64,000 bases of DNA, taken from an uncultured delta proteobacterium (GTDB lineage: Bacteria > Desulfobacterota > Binatia > UBA9968). How positions within the stretch are numbered: position 1 is the stretch's first letter; every line of letters starts with the position of its first letter. Under the pieces are notes generated by a model. That model was not told the DNA's origin. It ran no database searches and was given only the letters and a program-made list of their open reading frames with translations. The stretch spans positions 524,377 to 588,376 of the forward strand of contig CAWFJP010000004.1 of NCBI GenBank assembly GCA_963816145.1. Reading direction: 5' to 3'. Below are positions 10,821 to 21,101 of the stretch, piece after piece. A program made the position numbers and the translations under genes.

Positions 10821-11820
10821 ATGAACGGGAAATTTCTTGGTTTCTTGGTTCAAGGGCTTTTTATCGCGGCGAGTGTTTTTGGCGCTTGCCTCTTCCCGCT
10901 GAGCTCTTCGATACATGCGGCGCAGAAGGACTTGCAAAAACTGACGGTCGGCTACACTCCGATCGCCGGCGCGTCGCTGCCGTTCTTCATCGCCGTCGAG
11001 GAAAAGATCTTTCAAAAATACGGCTATGAGATTTCCCCGGTATTCATGGGCGGCTCGCCGCTGATCAATTCGGCGATCCTCGCCGGAGAATTTCCGCATC
11101 GGCTACACCGGCGGCGGCGCGGTGATCTCGAGCCGGCTCAGCGGCAGCGATCTGATCGCCATCGCATCGCCGTTGCCGGTGCTCACCATCGATGGCTGGT
11201 CAAAGCCTGAGATTAAATCCATCAGCGATTTGCGGGGCAAAAGAGTCGGAGTAACGCGATTCGGCGCCTCGAGTTATTTCTCGGCGTTGTCGATGCTGGA
11301 GTCCGGCGGGGTGAAACCCAGCGAGGTGACCTTTATTCAAAACGGCGGCGTTGGCGAGTCCTACGCAGCCCTAACCGGCGGCCGGGTGGATGTCTGCATG
11401 ATCGGATATCCCTTCGGTTTGAATGCCAAGAATGCCGGTTTTAACCTGCTCTTCCGACCGTCGCAGACCGAATACGGTCTGTTTCCCACCGCGGTCATTG
11501 CCGCGCGCGAGTCGTGGTTGAAGGAAGCCAAAAACCACAAAGTCGCGGTGGATTTTCTACGCGCGCTCAATGAAGGCCAGCAGCTCGCCAGGGAAAACGC
11601 CGCGGCATCTAAGCGGGCCTTGAAAAAATTCACTCGGGTTGACGACGATGCGTCGTTGCAGGGTAGTTTCGAATACTACAGGGACGCTTTTCCCAGCTCC
11701 ATCAGGGTGATCGAGAAAGCCATGGCCAACGCGCTGAAGTTTGTCGAACACCCCAAGGCCAAGGGCGCCGACGTCAGGCAATCGTTCGACAACAGCTATG
11801 TCGACGAGATGACCAAATGA
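10821..11820 (+). CDS. NitT/TauT (SsuA/NMT1-like) substrate-binding protein, frameshift near 11098
   Basis: Signal peptide; IKSISDLRGKRVGVTRFG; split over ORFs 10821-11210 and 11122-11820. Confidence 0.82.
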
Positions 11821-12986
11821 GTTTAGATAGGCGGACAAAAATCCGATCGAAGCGGACCGTGGCCCATCTTTATCCAGGTTCGTCGATTCCAAAATGGCTG
11901 GCGCTATCGTTTGCATGCGTGCTCGGGTTGGTATCTACCGTGATCGGCGCGGAACAGCCGAAGTGGCAAGCCGAGTGGCAACAGGTGATCGAGGCGGCGA
12001 AGAAGGAAGGGCAGCTGTCGCTCTACGGCGGCCAGGAGATTACGCATCCAGAGATTGTCGCGGCGTTCAACAAAGAGTTTCCGTTCATTAAAATAACTTC
12101 AGCAAGCGGGCGCGCCGCCGACATGATGACGCGCATCGTCGCCGAGCGGCGCGCCGAGAAATATCTCGCCGACTTGACGGCCAGCGGTCCCAATGGGCCG
12201 CGCATGCTCTATCTCAACAAGATGCTCGAGCCGATCATGCCGGCATTTATCCTTCCGGAAGTTACCGACGGTTCGAAATGGTATGGCGGCAGGCATTGGT
12301 ATGCGGATCCGGAGAACAAATATATTTTCATGTTCGAGGGTACGATCGTTAGCACTGGGCTCTCGTACAATACCAAGTTGGTCCAGGCCGATGAGATCAA
12401 ATCCTATTGGGACCTGCTCCAGCCAAAGTGGAAAGGCAAACTGCTCGCTCAAGACCCGCGCAGCGCCGCTCTGGCGACGCCGGTGTTGATTCTTTACCAC
12501 CGGGCTGGATTGGGCCCTGACTTTCTGCGGCGGTTTTACACTGAGACCGAGATCACGCTGTTTCGCGACCGACGCCAGGGGACCAATTGGCTCGCTACTG
12601 GGAAATTTCCGCTTTGCCATCTTTGCCGCGAAATCGACAAAGCCCAACAGCAAGGACTATCCGTTGACGAAGTGGCGCCGGATAAGCTTAAAGAAGGCGG
12701 CACCATCGGCGGCGGTGGCAGCAGCGTCATCGCCCTGATCAACCGGGCGCCGCATCCGAATGCAGCAAAGGTTTTCATAAACTGGTATCTGTCGCGTCAG
12801 GGGCAAAGCGTTTGGCAGCATGTGATGAACGTCAAGGAAGTGGAAGCGTCCGATTCCATGCGCATCGATATCCCGAAGGATGTCGTGCTGCCGGACGGCA
12901 AGCGGGTTGCGGGGAAACAGTACGAAGTAATTGGCTTTCTCGATCCCGAGCCGGTGCAGAAGCTGTTGCAGGAGATTTTGAAATAA
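11817..12986 (+). CDS. Extracellular solute-binding protein (AfuA/PotD-like)
   Basis: Family motifs; ATGA overlap with the upstream gene. Confidence 0.88.
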   Translation: MSLDRRTKIRSKRTVAHLYPGSSIPKWLALSFACVLGLVSTVIGAEQPKWQAEWQQVIEAAKKEGQLSLYGGQEITHPEIVAAFNKEFPFIKITSASGRAADMMTRIVAERRAEKYLADLTASGPNGPRMLYLNKMLEPIMPAFILPEVTDGSKWYGGRHWYADPENKYIFMFEGTIVSTGLSYNTKLVQADEIKSYWDLLQPKWKGKLLAQDPRSAALATPVLILYHRAGLGPDFLRRFYTETEITLFRDRRQGTNWLATGKFPLCHLCREIDKAQQQGLSVDEVAPDKLKEGGTIGGGGSSVIALINRAPHPNAAKVFINWYLSRQGQSVWQHVMNVKEVEASDSMRIDIPKDVVLPDGKRVAGKQYEVIGFLDPEPVQKLLQEILK

Positions 12987-13002
12987 GGATTTAACCACAA
13001 AG

Positions 13003-13238
13003 GGCCTAGCGCGGCACAGCCGCAACCAAAGGAAAAATTCAGAATCGGATATTAACCGCAAAGGGCGCAAAAAACGCAAAATTCGGAAAGGACAACTCAC
13101 CACGAAGGACACGAAGATCACGAAGAAAGAGACTTAAATTCCGAACCTTCGTGTCCTTCGCGCCTTCGTGGTGAACACTTCTTATACGCATGAAGCTGCT
13201 CCTGTCGAAGACGCTAAAATTTGCGCTAGCCGCGAAAA
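13003..13238. mobile_element. Small non-coding insertion flanked by CAAAG direct repeats, inside a 9-mer array
   Basis: CAAAG at 12998-13002 and 13239-13243; removal restores ACCACAAAG-ACCACATAG; contains its own CACGAAG inverted arrays (~13096-13175). Confidence 0.55.
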
Positions 13239-13308
13239 CAAAGACCACATAGAAAGAAGATTAGGATTCGGAAAATTGGCCGCAAAGAACGCAAAAAGTC
13301 CGATGATC

Positions 13309-13440
13309 TCCCGCAAGGGTGCTAAGGATGAAGCTTGTCATTTCGAACGGAGAGAGAAATCCGTCTTCGATCCCTCGCATTCGCTCGGGATGACAGGCCT
13401 CCGCCCTGTCACTTGGCGTCTTTGCGCCTTTGCGGGAGAA
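13309..13440. repeat. Composite repeat: GTCA-type REP doublet inside CGCAAAG-type (A6) arms
   Basis: TGTCATTTCGAACGGAGAGAGAAATC...GATCCCTCGCATTCGCTCGGGATGACA then CTTGGCGTCTTTGCGCCTTTGCGGGAG; near-identical copy at ~23445-23582. Confidence 0.85.
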
Positions 13441-13465
13441 TTATCCGGTTTGATTGGAGGAATAC

Positions 13466-14407
13466 ATGCCAGAGCAAGAGATCATGGAAATTCGCGGTTT
13501 CTATCGCTCCCATTCGCATCTGCCGATTTGGGAAGTGATGGACAAGGCGGGGATTTGGCAGCAGAACGGGCTTAAGGTCAGTTTTGAATTCTGCGACAGC
13601 TCGGAGGCGGCGGAGAAGGCGTTGTTCGGCGGCGAAGTCGATTTCGTTTCCGGCAATCACATCTCACCGTACCTTCTCGTCAAGCGCGGCAAGCCGATCG
13701 TCTGTCTGACATCGCCGTCCAACGACACCAGTGATCGCCTGGTGACCAACTTTCCGATCAAAGCAGTCGCCGAACTGCGCGGCAAGAAAATCGGCGACAC
13801 GACGTTGGTCGATTCCATCGGCGGCTACCATCATCCGCGCGGCAATCACATGCTTTACGTCATGCGCGGCGGCTTGAAGCTGGCCGATGTCGAGTGGGTC
13901 GAGCTGTCGGAGTCGAACAACGAGTTCAAGGCGATGCAGCTGGACGTGCTCAAAGCGAAAAAGGTCGACGCGATCTTCGTCAGCGGCAATACCGATAAAT
14001 TCCAGCAGGCGGGCATGGATGTGCTGGCGCTGGACCGGCTGCCGATGATCAACGGGCCGACATTGACTTCGACGCTCACCACTTTACAAAATAAAGAAGG
14101 TTTGGCAGAGCGGCTGGTAAAAGCGCAGGTCATGGGTATTCATTTCGCGCGCACCCGCCGCGGCGAGACCGAAGCGATACTCGACGACCTGCGCAAGCGC
14201 GAGCCGGAGTGTAGAAACGTTCAATATAGAAGCGTCGCCAAGTTGTCGCCCAAGCCCTATCCCGAGCAGGAAGCGGTGGCCAACGCGTACAAGCTATGCT
14301 GCCTGAAAAATCCCGAGGCCGAGGAGCAGAGTCCGCTGGCGCTGTGGGATTTGCATTATCTAAGGACGTTGGATCATTCGGGGTTTATCGATGAGCTATA
14401 TAAATAG
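13466..14407 (+). CDS. NitT/TauT-fold protein without signal peptide
   Basis: GGAGG RBS; IKAVAELRGKKIG; C-terminus PLALWDLHYL...GFIDELY; no hydrophobic N-terminus. Confidence 0.75.
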   Translation: MPEQEIMEIRGFYRSHSHLPIWEVMDKAGIWQQNGLKVSFEFCDSSEAAEKALFGGEVDFVSGNHISPYLLVKRGKPIVCLTSPSNDTSDRLVTNFPIKAVAELRGKKIGDTTLVDSIGGYHHPRGNHMLYVMRGGLKLADVEWVELSESNNEFKAMQLDVLKAKKVDAIFVSGNTDKFQQAGMDVLALDRLPMINGPTLTSTLTTLQNKEGLAERLVKAQVMGIHFARTRRGETEAILDDLRKREPECRNVQYRSVAKLSPKPYPEQEAVANAYKLCCLKNPEAEEQSPLALWDLHYLRTLDHSGFIDELYK

Positions 14408-14497
14408 GGAATGGTTCAAACCGTTCAAACGCTGCGCTCCGTTCAAGCCGTTCAAGTCGTTGACGGAGTGAATCGGGAACGGACCGACCGTTCCGTT

Positions 14498-15640
14498 ATG
14501 TCGATGAGAAGAATCACTATGCTGCATAACCAAATCTGGGCTCCGCTCATTCTTGCCATCGTGGTTTTTTCATTGCCGGGCAGAGTTGTGGCCGCCCAGC
14601 TGGATTGGAAGGCGGATTGGGAACGAACGGTTGCCGCCGCCAAGAAGGAAGGGCAGGTCAACGTTTATATCTATCGATATGAGGGTTTGCTACAGGATTT
14701 CAAACGGGACTTTCCCGGCATCAATGTCGTGGCGGTTTCCGGGCGGGGCAACGAACTGACCACGCGGCTCATGTCGGAGCGGCGCGCCGGCAAATATCTC
14801 GCCGATGTTTACAGCGCCGGCCCGGGCGGCAACTACAACGTCCTCTACAAAGGCAAAGCTCTCGAGCCGATCAAGCCGCTGTTGAGCCTGCCGGAAGTCG
14901 TCGATGAGTCGAAGTGGTACGGCAAAGAGCATCGCTACGCGGACGCCGAGGGGAAATACGTCTTCGCCTACTTAGCCAGTCCGAGCGACGCGCAGTTGGC
15001 GTTCAACACGACGATGGTCAACCCCAAGGAATTCAAATCCTATTGGGATGTCATCCAACCGAAGTGGAAGGGCAAGATCGTCTCGCTCGATCTGCGCGAC
15101 GGCGGATTGGGCGGCACCATGCAGTTCTTCTACTACAATCCGGAAATCGGCGCGGAGTTTATCAGAAAGTTCTTTAGCACCATGGATATCCAGTTCGCCA
15201 AGAATTTCCGGCAGATGACCGACTGGCTGGCGCAGGGGCGTTACTCTATTTGCTTCGGCTGCAAGGATTCGATGCGCGCCAAGAACCAGGGGCTGCCGGT
15301 GGACGACTTCGATACGACACGGTGGAAGGAAGGGTCGAGCTTTTCGTCCGGCGGCGGTTCGCTGAGCTATCCGAATCAAGCGCCGCACCCCAATGCGGCC
15401 AAAGTTTTTATCAATTGGTTCCTGTCGCGCCGCGGGCAGATTGCGTTGCAGAAGCTCGGCGACGTCGACGATCCGCCCAACTCGCGGCGCATCGACATCC
15501 CCAAAGACGATGTGCCGCCGACCAATCGCATGGTCCCCGACGGCAAATATTTCGATGTCGTCAAACCGGAGTACGCCGATCAAAAGCCGATCGCCGATCT
15601 CGCCAAGGAGATCATGGCGGGGATCGACGCGAAGAAGTAG
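14498..15640 (+). CDS. Extracellular solute-binding protein (AfuA/PotD-like)
   Basis: Family motifs; start at 14498 or 14519; preceded by a 9-mer GTTCAAACC array (~14413-14463). Confidence 0.88.
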   Translation: MSMRRITMLHNQIWAPLILAIVVFSLPGRVVAAQLDWKADWERTVAAAKKEGQVNVYIYRYEGLLQDFKRDFPGINVVAVSGRGNELTTRLMSERRAGKYLADVYSAGPGGNYNVLYKGKALEPIKPLLSLPEVVDESKWYGKEHRYADAEGKYVFAYLASPSDAQLAFNTTMVNPKEFKSYWDVIQPKWKGKIVSLDLRDGGLGGTMQFFYYNPEIGAEFIRKFFSTMDIQFAKNFRQMTDWLAQGRYSICFGCKDSMRAKNQGLPVDDFDTTRWKEGSSFSSGGGSLSYPNQAPHPNAAKVFINWFLSRRGQIALQKLGDVDDPPNSRRIDIPKDDVPPTNRMVPDGKYFDVVKPEYADQKPIADLAKEIMAGIDAKK

Positions 15641-15784
15641 TTGCCGCCGCGGGCAATCTGTCGCCGTTCCATCAAGCTTTGTCTGCCGCCTCAACCGATT
15701 CGCGAGTTGACTTTGACATGCCCATGGGGAAATATTCTGCCGGTGAATCGAATCGGTTTAAAATTATTCCATCGGAGTGGATTT

Positions 15785-16909
15785 ATGACTAGTCGCCCTG
15801 TTGGTTCCCTTGCGCCTTGGCTAGGCTTTGCGCTTATTTTATTGGCGACCCAAAGCCACGCGGCCCAAGCCGACTGGAAGAAGGACTGGGAGCAAACCGT
15901 CGCGGCGGCTAAAAAGGAGGGCCAGGTCACCGTCTATATTTACCGCTACGAAGGTTTGCTGCAGGATTTCAAGCGCGACTATCCCGGCATCAACGTCGTC
16001 GCGGTCACCGGCCGGGGTAACGACCTCACCAACCGAATTATCGCCGAACGGCGCGGCGGCAAGTTTATCGTCGATATCTATAGCGGCGGCACCAACAGTC
16101 TTTATAATACGCTTTACAAAGGCAAAGTACTCGATCCGCTCAAGCCGCTGCTGACGCTGCCGGAAGTGACTGATCTATCCAAGTGGTATAATCACGAGCA
16201 TCGTTACGCCGATCCCGAGGGTAAATATATCTTTGCCTTCATCGGCTCGCCGAGCAACGCCCAGTTGGCCTACAATACCAATCTGGTCAATCCCAAGGAG
16301 TTCAAATCCTATACCGACGTGATCAACCCCAAGTGGAAGGGCAAGATCGTCTCCCTCGATCCGCGCGATACCGGACTCGGCGCGACCATGCAATTTTGGT
16401 ACTTCAATCCGGAAATCGGCCCTGAGTACATGAAGAGGTTTTTCGGCGGCATGGATGTCTCCTACGCGAAAAACTTCCAGCAGATGACCAACTGGCTGGC
16501 GCAAGGCAAATACGCCATCTGCATGGGCTGCAAAGACTCGGCGCGGGCAAAGAAGCAGGGGCTGCCGGTGGACGATTTCGACACCAATCATTGGAAAGAA
16601 GGTTCGAGCTTCTCTGCTGGCGGCGGTTCCGTTAGCTACTTGAATCAGGCGCCGCATCCCAACGCCGCCAAGGTTTTCATCAACTGGTTCCTGTCGCGAA
16701 AAGGTCAGATCGCGCTGCAAAAACTCGGTGATGTCGACGATCCGGCGAATTCACGGCGCATCGATATTCCGAAAGATGATATTCCGCCGGACAACCGGCT
16801 CCAGCCGGGAGTGAAGTATTTCGACGTGGTCAAGCCGGAATATGGCGATATGAAACAGATCTTCGATCTGGCCAAAGAGATCATGGCCGGAGTGGATAAA
16901 GGCAAGTAG
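15785..16909 (+). CDS. Extracellular solute-binding protein (AfuA/PotD-like), close paralog of the previous gene
   Basis: GGAG RBS; shares YIYRYEGLLQDFKRD and QKLGDVDDP with 14498-15640. Confidence 0.88.
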   Translation: MTSRPVGSLAPWLGFALILLATQSHAAQADWKKDWEQTVAAAKKEGQVTVYIYRYEGLLQDFKRDYPGINVVAVTGRGNDLTNRIIAERRGGKFIVDIYSGGTNSLYNTLYKGKVLDPLKPLLTLPEVTDLSKWYNHEHRYADPEGKYIFAFIGSPSNAQLAYNTNLVNPKEFKSYTDVINPKWKGKIVSLDPRDTGLGATMQFWYFNPEIGPEYMKRFFGGMDVSYAKNFQQMTNWLAQGKYAICMGCKDSARAKKQGLPVDDFDTNHWKEGSSFSAGGGSVSYLNQAPHPNAAKVFINWFLSRKGQIALQKLGDVDDPANSRRIDIPKDDIPPDNRLQPGVKYFDVVKPEYGDMKQIFDLAKEIMAGVDKGK

Positions 16910-16978
16910 GAATTCGAGATGCGTATCAAGTTTATATGATACACGAAGCGGCAGCAATTCAGACACCTTCCCCATCGA

Positions 16979-17110
16979 CAGACTGTGTCGCAATGCGCAA
17001 ATGTGGCACATCTGTCATCCCGAGCGCAGCGAGGGATCTCGTGTTTTCAGCCACATACGAAGAAGAGATTTCTCGGCTTCACCTCGAAATGACAGTTGCG
17101 ACACAGCCTC
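16979..17110. mobile_element. MITE type 1, second copy, inserted in the centre of a CCCC-type REP
   Basis: Ends CAGACTGTGTCGCAAT / GTTGCGACACAGCCTC; flanks CCTTCCCCATCGA and CGAGGGGGAGG give a CGA duplication. Confidence 0.78.
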
Positions 17111-17184
17111 CGAGGGGGAGGATTAAAGAATTAGAGGTTGAACCAACTTCAGTTTGATCACTTATTGGTCCCAAGGAGCGCGAT

Positions 17185-18351
17185 ATGCTCACCAAAGAAG
17201 AAAACGAATTGCTCACCAGTGTTGGCCGCGGCACGCCGGGCGGCGAACTCTTGCGGCGCTACTGGATGCCGGTGGCCTGCACCGGCGAACTGACCGAAGA
17301 GAAGTCGATCAAGGCTTTTCGTTTGTTGGGCGAAGATTTGGTGGTCTATCGCGACAAAGCGGGGCGTTATGGAGTGGTTGGCGAACAGTGTCCACACCGG
17401 AAGGCGTCGCTCGCGTTTGGCCGTGTCGACGAAGAAGGAATTCGTTGTCCGTATCACGGTTGGAAATTCGATTGCACCGGCAAGTGTCTTGAAATGCCGG
17501 CAGAGCCGGAATCCGGCGGTTTCAAAGATAAGATCAAGCATGTCGCTTATCCGGCCGAACGGCTCGGCGGTTTGATCTGGACTTACATGGGACCGCAGCC
17601 GGCGCCGTTGTTGCCGCGTTGGGATGTGCTCACCTGGGAGAATGGCAAACGCTGGGTGCAAAAGCATGAAATCTACAAATGCAACTGGCTCCAGCCGATG
17701 GAAAATTCCGTTGATCCTTCTCATCTCTATTGGCTCCACGGCGACACCGCGCACCTGGCGCCGACGGTGGACCATTACGAGGAGGATCATCAATTCATGC
17801 CGTTCGAGTACGGCATTATGAAGCGGCGCATCACTCCCGGTCGCAGGGCCGGCGATCCACCGGTGGTCGATCAGCATCCGTTACTGTTCCCGATTACCCT
17901 GCGCCATGTGTTTCGCGCCACCAAAACAACCGGTTTCGTGCTCCACAATGTGCAAATCCGGGTGCCCGTCGACGATGCCCACACGCAGGTTTTCGTGGTC
18001 TACTTCACGCCCAACGATACCGATAAGTCGCCGGCGGATGGCGATACCCCCTGGGAGTATTTCCCGATCCGCGACGAAAACGGCGAGTACCGTTTGACCG
18101 AGGTCTTGGTGCAGGACGCCATGGCGTGGGAAACCCAAGGCGCGCCGACCGATCGCACGCAGGAGCATTTGGGTGTCGGCGACGAAGGCATCATTTTGCT
18201 CAGAAAACTGCTGCGCGAACAGATCGAGATCGTGCGCAACGGCGGCGAACCGCTCGGCATTGTGCGCGATGCGAAAAAGAATCGTTTGATCGAGTTCGAA
18301 GTGATCAACGAGCGCATCGGGCTGGTTGGCAAAGAACGAAAGGTGGCGTAA
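17185..18351 (+). CDS. Rieske oxygenase alpha subunit
   Basis: CPHRK...CPYHGW; ENSVDPSHLYWLH; QDAMAWETQG. Confidence 0.9.
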   Translation: MLTKEENELLTSVGRGTPGGELLRRYWMPVACTGELTEEKSIKAFRLLGEDLVVYRDKAGRYGVVGEQCPHRKASLAFGRVDEEGIRCPYHGWKFDCTGKCLEMPAEPESGGFKDKIKHVAYPAERLGGLIWTYMGPQPAPLLPRWDVLTWENGKRWVQKHEIYKCNWLQPMENSVDPSHLYWLHGDTAHLAPTVDHYEEDHQFMPFEYGIMKRRITPGRRAGDPPVVDQHPLLFPITLRHVFRATKTTGFVLHNVQIRVPVDDAHTQVFVVYFTPNDTDKSPADGDTPWEYFPIRDENGEYRLTEVLVQDAMAWETQGAPTDRTQEHLGVGDEGIILLRKLLREQIEIVRNGGEPLGIVRDAKKNRLIEFEVINERIGLVGKERKVA

Positions 18352-18437
18352 AAATTATCTTGTCGCAGCTGCGCCGAATTTTACTGGCCCCTCGCTGGGG
18401 GAAGGCAAGGATGGGGGGTGCTGCGCGCGATATTGGT

Positions 18438-18612
18438 CTAGTGTCCCGACCCAGAAGTTCACTGCATAATGCAACCGTCATTCCGGGCAAGCTGGCGATA
18501 GCTGGCGCGACCCGGAATCCAGAAGACTCGCGAATCTGGATGCCGGCTTTCGCCGGCATGACGATGTGAAGGCATCCGGCTCATTTTGCAAACTTCCGGC
18601 CCAGGACACTAG
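18438..18612. mobile_element. MITE type 2 (CTAGTGTCC...GGACACTAG) carrying a GTCA-type REP doublet
   Basis: Imperfect ~22-bp terminal IR bounded by CTAG; internal CGTCATTCCGGG...CCGGCATGACG at 18476-18563; sits in the spacer of a CCCC-type doublet (~18388-18653). Confidence 0.72.
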
Positions 18613-18730
18613 CTGGGTACCCCACCTTTATTATCCCCCGTCGACGGGGAGGAAAGAAGATTCACAGTGCGGCGAGCGTTTTTAGTCGTTCGAAAATTTT
18701 TAGCGTGCAGTAATCAGGAGGAAGTTTTTA

Positions 18731-19831
18731 ATGGCCGAAATGAATTCACAACCCGTCGATCTCAAGCCGGAGCGGCTCGACACTTATAAAGTTTGGCAGG
18801 CCGAACAAAAGATTCCCTGCATTCGCGGTTTCTTCGTCAAGGACGTGAACACGGTTCCGGTGGAGTACTGGGATTTGAAAGGCGTGCCCTGTTCCTTCGT
18901 CGTGCTCGACGGCACCGGCGGTACCAATGACGGCTACGTCTGCGAAATTCCCGCCGGCGGCAAGACCAAACCGCAGAAGCATATGTACGAGGAGATGGTC
19001 TATGTTTCCAAAGGCTACGGCGCGACCACCGTGTGGCAGCGCGACGGCAAGAAGAAGCACACCTTCGAGTGGGGTCCGGGCAGCATGTTCGCGATCCCGA
19101 TCAATGCCGACTACCAGCACTTCAACGCCAGTGGGAGTGAAACTGCGCGGTACTTCGCGGTGACCAATTCGTGCTTCATGATGAACCTATTTCACAACAG
19201 CGATTACATCTTCAACAGCGACTACGTTTTCACCGACCGCTTCGATCCGCACACCGAAGGTTATTTTAACGGCGAAGGAACGATCACCGGGCGATTTTTC
19301 ATGACCACCAACTTCGTGCCCGACACGCACACGCTCAAGCTGACCAATTACGACGAGCGCGGCAAGGGCAGCACCAACATGAAATTCGACCTGGCGCGCA
19401 ACACCATGGGCGCGCATATCTCGGAGTTTCCCGTGGGGACCTACAAAAAAGGCCATCGCCATGGTCCCGGCGCGCATGTGATTATTCTTTCCGGCCAGGG
19501 CTATTCGGTCTTGTGGAAGGACGGCGAGCCCGAGCGCGTCGACTGGGGGCGCGGCAGCGTCGTGGTGCCGCCGGATCAGTGGTTCCATCAGCATTTCAAT
19601 TCCGGTGCGGCGCCGGCGCGTTATCTGGCACTGCGCTGGAACAACTGGCGCTACCGCTTCATGCGCTCGCAGGATGGCGAGGGCGGAACCTACACGAGCT
19701 TGAAATTGGGCGGCAACCAGATCGAGTTCGAGGACGAAGACCCGCAGATCCACAGAGACTTCGAGGCGGCGATGAAGGCCGCCGGCGCCAAGTGCAACAT
19801 GCCGTATCATCCGGGGTGCACCCAGAAGTAA
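18731..19831 (+). CDS. Bicupin protein (gentisate 1,2-dioxygenase-like cupin family)
   Basis: Two cupin motifs: QKHMYEEMVYV...YQHFN and GHRHGPGAHV...WFHQHFN. Confidence 0.82.
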   Translation: MAEMNSQPVDLKPERLDTYKVWQAEQKIPCIRGFFVKDVNTVPVEYWDLKGVPCSFVVLDGTGGTNDGYVCEIPAGGKTKPQKHMYEEMVYVSKGYGATTVWQRDGKKKHTFEWGPGSMFAIPINADYQHFNASGSETARYFAVTNSCFMMNLFHNSDYIFNSDYVFTDRFDPHTEGYFNGEGTITGRFFMTTNFVPDTHTLKLTNYDERGKGSTNMKFDLARNTMGAHISEFPVGTYKKGHRHGPGAHVIILSGQGYSVLWKDGEPERVDWGRGSVVVPPDQWFHQHFNSGAAPARYLALRWNNWRYRFMRSQDGEGGTYTSLKLGGNQIEFEDEDPQIHRDFEAAMKAAGAKCNMPYHPGCTQK

Positions 19832-19892
19832 TCGCTGCGCGATTACTTCCGGGGTTCAAGGTTCAAACGTTCAAAGTTCAAGGTTCGGAGCT

Positions 19893-19923
19893 AAAAGGCC
19901 GGCTTTCTAGCCGGCCTTTTTTT
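19893..19923 (+). terminator. Rho-independent terminator
   Basis: AAAAGGCCGGCT-TTCT-AGCCGGCC followed by T7. Confidence 0.8.
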
Positions 19924-20000
19924 GTCCGGTTGACGGCCAGCGCGGCTCGCGATACGACACTGCTTAGCGAATTAGTTCTTGTTTACAGGGGGATTCTTTT

Positions 20001-21101
20001 ATGCCGGAAGCCGCGCAGTCGCCGGTGGCGATCAAGTACGAACGCATCGATACCTATAAGGAGTGGCAAGCCAAACAAAAAATTCCGCTGGTCACCGGTT
20101 TCTTCGTCGAGGATTTGAACAAAGTTCCGGTCGAGCCGTGGGATTTGAAGGGCGTGCCCTGCTCGTTCGTCGTGCTCGACGGCACCGGCGGTGTCAATGA
20201 CGGCTATGTCTGTGAGATCCCGCCCAAAAGCAAAACCAAAACCCAGAAACATCTCTACGAAGAGATGGTCTATGTCACCCAAGGCTACGGCGCGACAACG
20301 GTGTGGCAGAAAGACGGCAAGAAGCATACTTTTGAATGGGGACCAGGCAGCTTGTTCGCCGTGCCGATCAATGCCCACTACCAGCATTTCAACGCCAGCG
20401 GCAGCGAGTCAGCGCGTTACTTTGCGGTGACCAACTCCTGCTTCATGATCAATCTGTTTCACAACGTCGATTTTATTTTCAACAACGATTACCCGTTTCT
20501 CGATCGCTTCGATCCATCGGATGAGAACTATTTCAGCGGCAATGGCGAGGTCACCGGCCGCTTCTTCATGACCACCAACTTTGTCCCGGATACTCACACC
20601 GTCGGCCTGGCCGACTATAGCGAGCGCGGCAAGGGCAGCACCAACATGAAGTTCAACCTCGCTGGCCAAACCATGTGCGCGCATATCTCCGAGTTTCCCG
20701 TCGGCACCTACAAGAAAGGCCACAAGCATGGTCCGGGCGCCCATGTGATCATCCTCACCGGCCAAGGTTATTCCGTGCTCTGGCCCGAAGGGCAAGACAT
20801 GCAGCGGGTCGACTGGAAACCGGGCAGCGTGGTGGTGCCGCCGGATCAGTGGTTCCATCAACATTTCAACTCGGGCGCCAAGCCGGCGCGTTATCTGGCA
20901 CTGCGCTGGGGCAGCTGGAAGTTCCGCTTCATGCGCATGCAAGACGGCGAAGGCGGGACTTATACGAGCATTAAGAAGGGCGGCGGGCAGATTGAGTTCG
21001 AGGACGAAGATCCGCGCATTCATCAAGAGTTCGAAGCTTCGATGAATCTCGCCGGCGCCCGCTGCAATATGCCGTATCATCCGGGGTGTACACAGAAGTA
21101 A
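20001..21101 (+). CDS. Bicupin protein, tandem paralog
   Basis: Same length (366 aa), same motifs and identical C-terminus CNMPYHPGCTQK. Confidence 0.82.
   Translation: MPEAAQSPVAIKYERIDTYKEWQAKQKIPLVTGFFVEDLNKVPVEPWDLKGVPCSFVVLDGTGGVNDGYVCEIPPKSKTKTQKHLYEEMVYVTQGYGATTVWQKDGKKHTFEWGPGSLFAVPINAHYQHFNASGSESARYFAVTNSCFMINLFHNVDFIFNNDYPFLDRFDPSDENYFSGNGEVTGRFFMTTNFVPDTHTVGLADYSERGKGSTNMKFNLAGQTMCAHISEFPVGTYKKGHKHGPGAHVIILTGQGYSVLWPEGQDMQRVDWKPGSVVVPPDQWFHQHFNSGAKPARYLALRWGSWKFRFMRMQDGEGGTYTSIKKGGGQIEFEDEDPRIHQEFEASMNLAGARCNMPYHPGCTQK

Noticed and set aside
13168-13575. Short ORFs over repeat composites (also 6570-6776, 16936-17157, 23414-23653, 24890-25147, 27203-27427)
   Set aside because: Translations of palindromes and microsatellites (e.g. 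CHFERREKS, WIPAFAGMT); no independent coding evidence.
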